64,000 nucleotides of DNA from assembly GCA_046290585.1 (NCBI GenBank), contig JBKAGY010000001.1, positions 2,212,686-2,276,685 of the forward strand, given 5' to 3'. A program made the position numbers and the translations under genes. This DNA is from Henriciella sp. (GTDB taxonomy: Bacteria; Pseudomonadota; Alphaproteobacteria; Caulobacterales; Hyphomonadaceae). The notes below the pieces were generated by a model. It saw nothing but the letters and a program-made list of their open reading frames with translations, was not told where the DNA came from and made no database searches. Shown piece by piece: positions 51,466-60,209 of this stretch. How positions within the stretch are numbered: position 1 is the first letter of the stretch; each line of letters starts with the position of its first letter.

Positions 51466-51495
51466 AAAACCCCGACCACAAGGATCGGGGGTCTC
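51464..51495. terminator. Terminator between convergent genes
   Basis: AAAAAA-CCCCGA-CCACAAGGA-TCGGGG; gives a U-tail on the minus strand after rpsP. Confidence 0.7.
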
Positions 51496-51520
51496 TACTA
51501 TTCGTATCGAAGCGTGGATC

Positions 51521-52051
51521 TTATTCAGACTTCTCTTCTTCAGCAGCCGCTTCTTCGGCTGGAGCTTCTTCCGTAGGTGCCTCTTCAGCAGGGGCTTCTG
51601 CTTCGGCTGCTTCAGCTTCAGCTTTCGCCGCTTTTGCAGCTTCTTTTTCAGCTTTGGCAGCAGCCTTAGCTTCTTTCTCGGCTTCTTTGCGAGCGGCTTC
51701 TTTTTCAGCCTTCTCTTCGATGCGCTCTTTCGCTTTCGCGCCGGGCTCACCTTTTTGCGGGTTGTTGCTGGCGGTCCAGCCATAGACCGGCGCTTTTTCG
51801 CCTTCGAGTGTGATTTGGCTCAGGAAGCGGGCAACGCGATCGGTTGGCTTGGCGCCTTTCTTGATCCAGTCAGCAGCTTTCTGGCCGTCGATTTTGACAC
51901 GGCTTTCGCTGTCTTTTGGCAGACGCGGATCATAGGTGCCGATCTTCTCAATGAAGCGGCCGTCGCGCGGCATGCGGCTGTCAGCAACGACAACACTATA
52001 GAAAGGGCGTTTTTTGGACCCGCCGCGGGCGAGTCGGATCTTGAGGGCCAT
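51521..52051 (-). CDS. rpsP: 30S ribosomal protein S16 with acidic C-terminal extension
   Basis: [32 protein letters not shown]. Confidence 0.98.
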   Translation of the reverse strand: MALKIRLARGGSKKRPFYSVVVADSRMPRDGRFIEKIGTYDPRLPKDSESRVKIDGQKAADWIKKGAKPTDRVARFLSQITLEGEKAPVYGWTASNNPQKGEPGAKAKERIEEKAEKEAARKEAEKEAKAAAKAEKEAAKAAKAEAEAAEAEAPAEEAPTEEAPAEEAAAEEEKSE

Positions 52052-52099
52052 GGTTTACTCCTAGAATTTGGGCATCTCTTTAGGTTTGTTCGTCCCGTT

Positions 52100-52190
52100 G
52101 ATCCCTGCGCAGGCAGGGATCCATGGCCAGGCATTTGCCAAAAGCGCATGGGGAAATTCGGGGCCATGGACACCTGCCTTCGCAGGTGTC
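52100..52190. repeat. Composite REP/RPE-like palindromic element (two inverted hairpin units)
   Basis: GATCCCTGC-GCAG-GCAGGGATC-CATGGCC ... GGCCATG-GACACCTGC-CTTC-GCAGGTGTC. Confidence 0.8.
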
Positions 52191-52215
52191 GCCGGTAGGG
52201 TTGGGGAAGAAAACA

Positions 52216-52506
52216 CTATTTCTCCTCCCGCAATTTTTCGTGGTGGCGGATGACTTCCGCGACGATGAAATTCAAAAACTTTTCAGCAAAAACCGGGTCG
52301 AGCCCGCTCTCTTGAGCGAGCTTTTGCAGGCGCTCAATCTGACGCGCTTCCCGCGCTTTATCAGAGGGCGGCATGTCATTCTCAGCTTTCAGCTTGCCCA
52401 CGGCTTGAGTGACTTTAAATCGCTCTGCCAATGTGTGCAGCAGGATGGCATCGAGATTGTCGATACTGGCGCGGTATTGGGTGAGTTGGTCGACAGGAGA
52501 GTTCAT
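52216..52506 (-). CDS. Chorismate mutase (AroQ type)
   Basis: RASIDNLDAILLHTLAERF, VGKLKA; typical ffh-CM-rpsP order. Confidence 0.92.
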   Translation of the reverse strand: MNSPVDQLTQYRASIDNLDAILLHTLAERFKVTQAVGKLKAENDMPPSDKAREARQIERLQKLAQESGLDPVFAEKFLNFIVAEVIRHHEKLREEK

Positions 52507-53960
52507 TTTTTAGCCCCCCCGAGCCCAGGAATATTTGGCAAGCCGCCTGCGCCAGGCATCCCGCCGGGCATCGCTGCGCCGCCGCCCATTTTGGCGAGAT
52601 CGGCAGGTGAGACACCCGCTTGGCCCATCATATTCATCATGCCCTTCATGCCGCCTTTGGACATCTTCTTCATCATCCCGGCCATCTGCTTATGCATTTT
52701 CAGGACACGATTGACGTCTTGGACGGTGACGCCAGCGCCAGCAGCAATCCGTTTGCGGCGCGAGGCATTGAGGAGAGCAGGTTTGGCGCGCTCTTTCTTG
52801 GTCATTGAGGAAATGATCGCCGCCTGGCGCAGAATGACCTTGTCATCCATGCCGGAGGCATCGAGCGCTTGTTTGGCTTTCTTAGCGCCTGGCAAAAGCC
52901 CCATAATGCCGCCTAGACCGCCCATTTTCTGCATTTGCTGAAGCTGCTGAGCCAGGTCGTCCAGATCGAACTGCCCCTTGGCCATTTTCTTGGCCATCTT
53001 CTCAGCTTTTTCGGCGTCCATCTGGTCGCCAGCTTTTTCAACCAGCGAGACAATGTCGCCTTGGCCAAGAATTCGACCTGCCAGGCGTTTGGCATCAAAC
53101 GCATCGAGTCCATCCAGCTTTTCACCGGTACCGAGGAATTTGATCGGAAGGCCCGTGACCGCGCGCATGGACAGCGCCGCACCGCCGCGGCCATCACCAT
53201 CCATCCGGGTGAGGATCAAGCCGGTCAGCGGCAGGCGCTCGTGGAACCGGCTGGCGGTCTCCACCGCATCTTGTCCGGTCAGCGAGTCGGCGACCAGAAG
53301 CGTTTCATTCGGCGTCGCGATTTTGGCGATCTCGCTCGCCTCAGCCATCATCTGTTCGTCGATTGAGGTCCGGCCGGCGGTATCGAGGAAGACGACATCA
53401 TAGCCGCCGAGCTTGGCGGCTTGCAGGGCGCGCCGGGCAATCTCTGCCGGGCTTTGGCCTTCGATAATTGGGAGCGAGGAGACGTTCTCACCGCACTGAT
53501 CGGCCAAAATGGCAAGCTGTTCCATCGCCGCTGGACGGCGCGTATCGAGCGAGGCGAGGAGGACCTTTTTCTTGTCGCGATCAGCGAGGCGCTTGGCGAG
53601 TTTCCCGGTTGTGGTCGTTTTACCTGAGCCCTGCAGACCTGCCATCATCACGACGGCTGGCGGATTGTCGACGCGTAGGCCGGTTTCAGCCTCGTCGCCG
53701 CCAAGGAGGTCAATGAGCCCATCATGAACGATTTTAACGACTTGCTGGCCGGGCTTTACTGAACGGATGACGTCTTCGCCGACGGCTTTGTCTTTGATCG
53801 AGCTGATAAAGTCTTTGACGACGGGCAGGGCGACGTCGGCTTCGAGCAGCGCCACGCGAATTTCGCGCAGGGCAGCGGTCACGTCTTTCTCGGTCAGCGC
53901 ACCGCGCCCGAGCAATCCGTCAAATACCCCGCCTAGGCGGTCTGTTAGCGCGTCAAACAT
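52503..53960 (-). CDS. ffh: Signal recognition particle protein
   Basis: GLQGSGKTTT, DTAGR, TRMDGDGRGG, Met-rich M domain SRRKRIAAG. Confidence 0.98.
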   Translation of the reverse strand: MFDALTDRLGGVFDGLLGRGALTEKDVTAALREIRVALLEADVALPVVKDFISSIKDKAVGEDVIRSVKPGQQVVKIVHDGLIDLLGGDEAETGLRVDNPPAVVMMAGLQGSGKTTTTGKLAKRLADRDKKKVLLASLDTRRPAAMEQLAILADQCGENVSSLPIIEGQSPAEIARRALQAAKLGGYDVVFLDTAGRTSIDEQMMAEASEIAKIATPNETLLVADSLTGQDAVETASRFHERLPLTGLILTRMDGDGRGGAALSMRAVTGLPIKFLGTGEKLDGLDAFDAKRLAGRILGQGDIVSLVEKAGDQMDAEKAEKMAKKMAKGQFDLDDLAQQLQQMQKMGGLGGIMGLLPGAKKAKQALDASGMDDKVILRQAAIISSMTKKERAKPALLNASRRKRIAAGAGVTVQDVNRVLKMHKQMAGMMKKMSKGGMKGMMNMMGQAGVSPADLAKMGGGAAMPGGMPGAGGLPNIPGLGGAKK

Positions 53961-54030
53961 CGCGTCACTCCTTTTGCCGATCTGGTTCCACAGAACAGAT
54001 AAGCGCTCTCATCGCCAACACAAAGCAGTA

Positions 54031-54130
54031 GCGCCCCACTGAGCGAGCCTTCGCCGAGTGGGGGACATCGCCGGGCTCAAGTCCCGGTCAACGCGCACGT
54101 ACTGTCAGTGCGGTGATTGTTGCGCGCGTA
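54031..54130 (-). ncRNA. ffh leader RNA motif (alphaproteobacterial ffh upstream element)
   Basis: Minus strand GCGCGTTGACCGGG...CCCGGCGATGTCCCCCACTCGGCGAAGGCTCGCTCAGTGGGGCGC upstream of ffh; matches my recollection of the Rfam ffh motif, no search run. Confidence 0.7.
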
Positions 54131-54151
54131 AAGCACGGGTGAGGCTAAGAA

Positions 54152-54742
54152 TCAAGCCTCAGACTCTGCCATGATCAAATCGAGGCGCCGGATCGCTTCT
54201 TTCGCTTCGTCCCGGACCATGGACAGGACGACGACATTGACCCATTCGCCCGCCGCAAATTTCTCATATTGGCGCAAGACCCCTTCTTGAATCGCGCCGA
54301 GCGATTGAATGGCGCGGATGGCCCGCGTGTTCGGTTCTTCGACAAACCACTCAATACGTTTGGCGCCCCATTCGAGCGCCCGCTCGATCAACAGCTTTTG
54401 CGTCGCTGCATAAATGCCCCGGCCGCGCAAATGCGGCTCCAGCCATGTATAGCCTAAGCGGACCCGGCGATGCATCTTGTTGGGATTGACCAGCGCCGTG
54501 ACGCCGACAAATCGGTCCTCATCATTCGGGTCGAGCAGGGCGAATGCATACATCTCACCCGTTTCCGCTTGGCGCTGCACATGATCATAATAGGCATCAA
54601 ATCCGGCACCGCGCTGGATCGCCGGTAAGGATGACCACATATGCTCAGCGGTATCGCTCGATCGTAAGGCCTCGCGAAACTGTTCGTCCAATTGCGCGAG
54701 TTTGATCAGGTCGTTTTGAAGGCCAGGTGCTGTAAGGTCCAT
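54152..54742 (-). CDS. GNAT acetyltransferase (RimJ/RimL-like)
   Basis: FVGVT, RLGYTWLEPHLRGRG, NTRAIRAIQSLGAIQEGVLR. Confidence 0.88.
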   Translation of the reverse strand: MDLTAPGLQNDLIKLAQLDEQFREALRSSDTAEHMWSSLPAIQRGAGFDAYYDHVQRQAETGEMYAFALLDPNDEDRFVGVTALVNPNKMHRRVRLGYTWLEPHLRGRGIYAATQKLLIERALEWGAKRIEWFVEEPNTRAIRAIQSLGAIQEGVLRQYEKFAAGEWVNVVVLSMVRDEAKEAIRRLDLIMAESEA

Positions 54743-54824
54743 GAGTGCATAGCATGCCTGTATGGGTGGGCTTAGCAAGTCAAAACTTAGTCACGTGGTT
54801 TTGTAATCGGCCTGTTAAGGCGTT

Positions 54825-54985
54825 GGTCCTGCCGGAGAACCTTGTAAGGGGGAGGGAAAGGGTCCGGCAGGACCGCGCTTTCCGGCGGCATGAGGGATTG
54901 GGGATCGGTAGCCACCGGTGCGATTTTGAGCGAGGCGAAAACTGTCCTCGTGATGGGAATGAAATGGCGTTTTGGAGGACTTATT
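54825..54985 (-). ncRNA. Candidate sRNA or regulatory leader divergent from oxyR
   Basis: 12-bp perfect stem 54825-54836/54863-54874 with pyrimidine-rich minus-strand loop; further stems at 54906-54917 and 54944-54980. Confidence 0.4.
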
Positions 54986-55074
54986 CAAGCGGCCCAGGAA
55001 CGTTTTTCAATCAACTAAGTGTGAACATAGGGCAGGCGGTGCTGTTTGGATAATTGATAATTCGAGTTGATGAG

Positions 55075-55089
55075 ATAGAAAGAACCTAT
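55075..55089. promoter_or_regulatory. OxyR/LysR autoregulatory site
   Basis: ATAG-N7-CTAT (T-N11-A) overlapping the oxyR start codon. Confidence 0.65.
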
Positions 55090-55981
55090 GCATCTTCCAA
55101 CGCTCCGCCAACTCGAATTCTTGTGTGCTGTTGCCGACAATGGGTCTTTTTCAAAGGCGGCTGAGGCCTGTCACGTGACCCAGCCCACTTTGTCTGCCGC
55201 AATCAAAGAGATTGAGGGCCTGTTGAACGTTCAACTGATCGAACGGGAAGCTCGCGGCGCGTCTTTAACTCAAGCCGGTACGGCGGCGGTGGAACGGGCG
55301 CGGAGCATCTTGTCAGACACTGCAGATCTCGTCTCCGCGGCGCAGCAAGCCGGTGCGCCTTTGAGTGGTGCGTTCCGATTGGGGGCCATTCCAACCATCG
55401 CGCCCTTCCTACTGCCGAAGACTTTGAAAGCGCTGCGCGCGGCGCATCCGAGTTTGAAACTCTATTTACGCGAAGACCAGACCGATCGATTGCTCGAGGC
55501 TTTGCGGGCCCGAAAGCTTGACGCCGCTTTAATTGCCTTGCCTTGGGAGGCTTCTGGGGTCGAGACGATGGATCTCGGGGAAGACGAATTTCTGCTGGTG
55601 GCGCCGACGGGACATGACCTGGCTGAACGCAGCGACCTGAAATCTTCCGATCTATTGGACGAAGACATCTTGCTCTTAGAAGACGGCCATTGTTTGCGCG
55701 ATCATGCGCTGTCGATTTGTCGTCTTCCTAGCAAACGGGACGGCGCCGACGTCACCGCAACGAGCCTCCCGACCTTGGTGCATATGGTGGCTGGCGGACT
55801 TGGCGTGTCTTTATTGCCAAGGCTCGCGATTGATGCCGGTGTGACGTCTGGGGCCGATGTTGAATTGCAGGCCTTTGAGACACCCTTGATTGGACGCCGG
55901 ATCGGCATTGCGTGGCGCACCGGGTCGCCGCGCGCCGCTGAAGCAAAGATGATCGGTGAGATTGTCCGCGGCGCGATCTAA
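55088..55981 (+). CDS. oxyR: H2O2-sensing LysR regulator OxyR
   Basis: AAEACHVTQPTLS, GAIPTIAPFLLP, LLEDGHCLRDHALSIC (two redox Cys). Confidence 0.93.
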   Translation: MHLPTLRQLEFLCAVADNGSFSKAAEACHVTQPTLSAAIKEIEGLLNVQLIEREARGASLTQAGTAAVERARSILSDTADLVSAAQQAGAPLSGAFRLGAIPTIAPFLLPKTLKALRAAHPSLKLYLREDQTDRLLEALRARKLDAALIALPWEASGVETMDLGEDEFLLVAPTGHDLAERSDLKSSDLLDEDILLLEDGHCLRDHALSICRLPSKRDGADVTATSLPTLVHMVAGGLGVSLLPRLAIDAGVTSGADVELQAFETPLIGRRIGIAWRTGSPRAAEAKMIGEIVRGAI

Positions 55982-57321
55982 GCCAGTTGCGCGGGTTCCC
56001 GGTCATCAATGTGAGCGGACAGATTATCCGCGGCGCGGAAGACGTCCTCATCCAACTCGCCTTCCCACTTTGCCACTGCTGTCGCGACGGCCGTATCGCC
56101 AGTGACATTGGTCAGCGTTCGCATCATGTCGAGGAGGCGATCAAAGGGTAGAATGAAGCCAATGATCAAAAAGGCTTGTTCTTCCGGGATGCCGACTTGC
56201 GCGAGTGCGAGCCCTGATAGGAACAGTCCAGCACTTGGAATACCAGCGGCGCCAATCGAAACCAAAGTCGCCATGACTGCGACCAGGACATATTGCGTGA
56301 GCGAGACTTCAACGCCCATGGCCTGAGCGCCAAACAGGGCGACCATGCCGATATAGATGGCGGTGCCATCCATATTGATGGTTGCGCCGAGGGGCAGAAC
56401 AGAGCCCGCCACAGCCTTATCAATCCCAAGATTTTCTTCCGCGCAGGTGATGGTCACAGGCAATGTGGCTGACGAACTCGCAGTCGAATAGGCCACCGCT
56501 TGCGCATCCGTGATGCCCCGCATGAACGGGATGAACGGCAAACCCAACACGCCTTTGATAATGATCCCGCCATAGGTCACGAGGATATGGATAGCGCAGG
56601 CCAAATAGAGCGCGATGGCGAGGGTTCCGAGGCTCTGCAACACGCCAAGGCCTTGGGTCGCCATCACCGTTGCCATCAGAGCAAACACGCCAATCGGTGC
56701 CGTTTCCATGACAATGATGGTGACTTTCATCATCGCTTCTGAGGCGCCATCGAACCATTTCGCGACCGGCTCGCCGATCTTACCCGCCATCAAAATGCCG
56801 ACACCGAACATGATGGCGAAGAAAATGATTTGTAAGATATTGCCAGTGGCCAGCGCCTGCACCGGATTGGTCGGAACAATGGCTAGTAATCGGTCGACAA
56901 TGCCGCCCGCTTGCGCGGCGCTTTCGGCCACCGATTGCATTCGGCTTGTATCCGCCCCTGCGAACGTTTCAGGCGAAAGACTAGCGCCCGGCTGAAAAAT
57001 CGTCGCCATAATCAGGCCCAGCGTCACCGCGATCGCTGTGGTGAAGAAATAGGTGGCGATCGTTCGGACCCCGAGGCTGCCAAGCCGTTTCGGGTCGCCC
57101 ATCGCGATGATGCCCGAGACGAGCGTGAAGAAGATCAAAGGCACGATCAGCATTCGGATCAGACGCAGGAACAGATCTCCTGCCCAACTGATCCAGTCTT
57201 GGGCAAAAGCGCCGCCCGCTTCTGCGCCCATGCCGTATCTTAGCCCGAGGCCACACGCGAGCCCGAGAATGAGCGCACCGATGACGCGCTTCCACAGATC
57301 AATCTTGAACCACCAGGACAT
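55978..57321 (-). CDS. Dicarboxylate/amino acid:cation symporter (DAACS)
   Basis: FLRLIRMLIVPL, AYSTASSSATLP, LGATINMDG, DRLLDMMRT. Confidence 0.95.
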   Translation of the reverse strand: MSWWFKIDLWKRVIGALILGLACGLGLRYGMGAEAGGAFAQDWISWAGDLFLRLIRMLIVPLIFFTLVSGIIAMGDPKRLGSLGVRTIATYFFTTAIAVTLGLIMATIFQPGASLSPETFAGADTSRMQSVAESAAQAGGIVDRLLAIVPTNPVQALATGNILQIIFFAIMFGVGILMAGKIGEPVAKWFDGASEAMMKVTIIVMETAPIGVFALMATVMATQGLGVLQSLGTLAIALYLACAIHILVTYGGIIIKGVLGLPFIPFMRGITDAQAVAYSTASSSATLPVTITCAEENLGIDKAVAGSVLPLGATINMDGTAIYIGMVALFGAQAMGVEVSLTQYVLVAVMATLVSIGAAGIPSAGLFLSGLALAQVGIPEEQAFLIIGFILPFDRLLDMMRTLTNVTGDTAVATAVAKWEGELDEDVFRAADNLSAHIDDREPAQLA

Positions 57322-57407
57322 GCCCACTCCCATTTTTCCACATTTCGAGGACGCTAGTCCGCATTGCTAATCTATTCAACGGCGAAGGCTCAGGATAAGA
57401 GCGAGCT

Positions 57408-59453
57408 ATGAATATGCTTGATCGTCTTTCGTCCGGTTGGAAAGCTTGGATTCTGCTGTTTGCGATTACGCTGACGGCGGCCGCGCCGGGTGTGTTTAAC
57501 ATGCCTGCCTTGGATCGCGACGAGAGCCGGTTCGCGCAAGCGTCTAAGCAATATATCGAAACCGGCGACTATCTGATCATTCGCTATCAGGACGAGTACC
57601 GGAACAAAAAACCGGCGGGCATTCATTGGCTGCAGGCCGGTGCGACCCAGGTTCTAGGCGACGAAGACAAGCTCGATATTTGGACCTATCGCGTGCCGAG
57701 CTGGATTGGCGCGGCGCTGGCAACTTTGGCGACCTTCTGGTGCGGGATGGTGCTGATTGGACGGCGGGCTGCGTTTTTAGGAGCAGCCCTGTTTGGCGCC
57801 ACGCTGTTGCTGACCAGTGAAGCCCATATTTCCAAAACCGATGGCATGCTGGTCTTTCTCACGACCTGGGGAATTGGCGCGCTAGCGCGGCTCTATATGG
57901 GGCAGGCTGAGAACCCCAAGCGTATCGCGCTGATATTCTGGTTCGCCATGGGCTGCGGCTTGCTGATCAAAGGCCCTGTCACGCCAATGGTCGCTGCTTA
58001 TGCCGGGTTTGGGGCGTGGGTCTGGGCAAAGGCTGGCGAAGGCAAAGGCGGCGACTGGTGGCGCCCTCTGATCTGGTGGCCAGGTCCGGTTCTGGCTGCT
58101 GCGATGTTCCTGCCTTGGTTGATCGCTATCCAATTCGCAACCGATGGCACCTTCTTAGAAGGCGCGATCGGGAAAGACCTAAAGGACAAATTTGCCGGAG
58201 CCTCAGAAGGGCATGCTGGCTGGCCGCTCTACCATTTGAGCCATATCCCGGTTTGGTTCTTCCCGGCTGTCTTGTTGCTCGTCCCGGGCATGGTGCTGGC
58301 TTGGAAACATTTGCGAGGATCGAGTGATCTAGCTCGCAAGCGAGGCACCGATGCGATTTTCTTTGTCTTGGCATTGGGGGCGTTAACAACGCTCGTCACT
58401 TGGATCGTGCCTGGCGAGATCGGCAATGGCGCGCCGTCTGCCTTTGCGGGCCTGATCATTGCGGGATTTTGGTGGCTCAGCACGCGGCCTGAATGGCAGA
58501 CGCGTTGGTCGATGGCAGAGGCCGCCCCCGTCACCGAGGAGATCCGGGCGATCCGGTTCCTGGTCGCTTGGGCGCTGCTCACAACCATCTTCTTTGAGCT
58601 GATGCCGACGCGGCTCAGCCACTATATTCTACCGGCCTATCCAGCCATCGGTCTGCTCTGCGGCTGGGCGGGGGTAAAAATGGTCGAAGGCGCAGGGCTG
58701 CCTGTGTCGAAATGGATGAGCTTTGCGATCTATGCGTTTGGCGGCGCTCTTTTGCTATTCGTCAGCTCGCCCTGGGCGGCGCGCCTGATCAAGACGGAAG
58801 CGGCAGGTGATTTCAAAACCGTGTCGCCGGAACTCGTGATCGAGCAATGGGCGGCTTATGCAAACTTCCCGCTTTGGCTATGGGGGCTTGGGGCGGCAGC
58901 TCTGATCGCGTCTTTGGTTGCGGTCTTTGTCCGCAAAATCGGGGTCGCAGCCGCTTTTGGCGTTTTGGTGAGCCTATTCTTGGGCTGGCACGCGCGGACG
59001 TTTGTCCTGCCAACCCAGCTCTGGGCGCAACCAACCGAAAGCGCCCGTCTGGCGCTGCAAGATGTTTGCGGGGTTCCGAGCGAGACGTGTGAGACCGGCT
59101 GGACCAGCCCCGAGCGCGTTTTGGCGGTCGGTTATGCCGAGCCCTCCTATGTGATGACATTCGGGACACAGAACCTGCACCCCCCAGAAACGCCTTTGAC
59201 CCTTCCTGCGGATGAGAGCGCGTATCCTGTGGTCTATTTGATCAATTTAGAGGGGCGCGGCAGCCCAGCGCGCCGTTGCGAGGCTTTGGGTGATGACTGC
59301 ATCCCGCCCGCAGCGCAAATTCGAGACGATTTGCTCGAGCAGGCGAATGGCACATCTCTATGTGTCCAGGAATCAGACCCGGTCTACGCGCTCAACTATT
59401 CGAACGGCGACCCAGTGCATTTTGTCGCCTACCGGTTCGACGCTGACTGCTAG
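57408..59453 (+). CDS. arnT: ArnT/GT83-like membrane glycosyltransferase
   Basis: DRDESRFAQAS, KKPAGIHW, YRVPS, LIKGPV, HYILPAYP. Confidence 0.85.
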   Translation: MNMLDRLSSGWKAWILLFAITLTAAAPGVFNMPALDRDESRFAQASKQYIETGDYLIIRYQDEYRNKKPAGIHWLQAGATQVLGDEDKLDIWTYRVPSWIGAALATLATFWCGMVLIGRRAAFLGAALFGATLLLTSEAHISKTDGMLVFLTTWGIGALARLYMGQAENPKRIALIFWFAMGCGLLIKGPVTPMVAAYAGFGAWVWAKAGEGKGGDWWRPLIWWPGPVLAAAMFLPWLIAIQFATDGTFLEGAIGKDLKDKFAGASEGHAGWPLYHLSHIPVWFFPAVLLLVPGMVLAWKHLRGSSDLARKRGTDAIFFVLALGALTTLVTWIVPGEIGNGAPSAFAGLIIAGFWWLSTRPEWQTRWSMAEAAPVTEEIRAIRFLVAWALLTTIFFELMPTRLSHYILPAYPAIGLLCGWAGVKMVEGAGLPVSKWMSFAIYAFGGALLLFVSSPWAARLIKTEAAGDFKTVSPELVIEQWAAYANFPLWLWGLGAAALIASLVAVFVRKIGVAAAFGVLVSLFLGWHARTFVLPTQLWAQPTESARLALQDVCGVPSETCETGWTSPERVLAVGYAEPSYVMTFGTQNLHPPETPLTLPADESAYPVVYLINLEGRGSPARRCEALGDDCIPPAAQIRDDLLEQANGTSLCVQESDPVYALNYSNGDPVHFVAYRFDADC

Positions 59454-59546
59454 CCAAACCTGGCACATTCTGTCGCGCGGCAATTGAGCAACTCATGCCG
59501 AGCATAAGGGCGATTACCTAAGGCTGAGATGCCAAGGAGATCGCAA

Positions 59547-60209
59547 ATGAGCTATATTGAACCCCACAGAAAACCCGAAGGCCTTCGCGACCGGATCGCG
59601 TTTGTTTTTGTGAAATTCTTGCGTTTCTTCGCCGATCTGTTTTTCCGCAAACGCTATGGCCACCGGGCGGTTGTGCTCGAAACCGTTGCTGCGGTGCCGG
59701 GCATGGTGGCCGGATTGCTCCAGCATCTGCGCGCCATTCGCCGGATGCGCGACGATCAAGGCTGGGTCAAAGAACTGCTCGACGAGGCAGAGAATGAACG
59801 CATGCACTTGATGACGTTCATTCAAGTGGCGCAGCCGACTTTGTTCGAGCGCGGTTTGATCATGATCGCGCAGGCCATTTTCTATAATTTCTATTTCTTC
59901 CTCTATCTGTTTGCGCCGAAAACCGCGCACCGCGTCATCGGCTATTTCGAAGAAGAAGCGGTGACCAGCTATACCCATTATCTGCAAGAAATTGATGCGG
60001 GTCGATTAGAGAACGGGCCAGCACCTCAGATCGCCATCGATTATTGGACCCTCCCCGCCACCGCGCGCCTAAGAGATGTTGTCATCGCTGTCCGCGAAGA
60101 CGAAGCCGGGCATCGCGACCGAAACCATTATTTCGCTGACGTTTTGATTGCGGGCGACGAACCTAAAGGCGATGTGGATTTAAACGATTACGCTTGGCGC
60201 AATACATAG
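59547..60209 (+). CDS. aox: Alternative oxidase (ubiquinol oxidase)
   Basis: LETVAAVPGMV, EAENERMHL, FEEEAVTSY, REDEAGH di-iron motifs. Confidence 0.95.
   Translation: MSYIEPHRKPEGLRDRIAFVFVKFLRFFADLFFRKRYGHRAVVLETVAAVPGMVAGLLQHLRAIRRMRDDQGWVKELLDEAENERMHLMTFIQVAQPTLFERGLIMIAQAIFYNFYFFLYLFAPKTAHRVIGYFEEEAVTSYTHYLQEIDAGRLENGPAPQIAIDYWTLPATARLRDVVIAVREDEAGHRDRNHYFADVLIAGDEPKGDVDLNDYAWRNT

Noticed and set aside
52068-52253. 61-aa ORF on the plus strand
   Set aside because: The peptide (IPAQAGIH...WTPAFAG) is just a translation of the palindromic repeat; it has no SD and is antisense to the operon
54031-54130. Possible SRP (4.5S) RNA next to ffh
   Set aside because: It lacks the helix-8 CAGG...GGAA...AGCAG core and fits the ffh leader better
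54848-54862. G-quadruplex in the G-rich loop
   Set aside because: Only three close G-runs; the next is more than 30 nt away
59461-59476. Sigma-54 promoter before aox (TGGCAC)
   Set aside because: The -12 element reads GTCGC rather than TTGC
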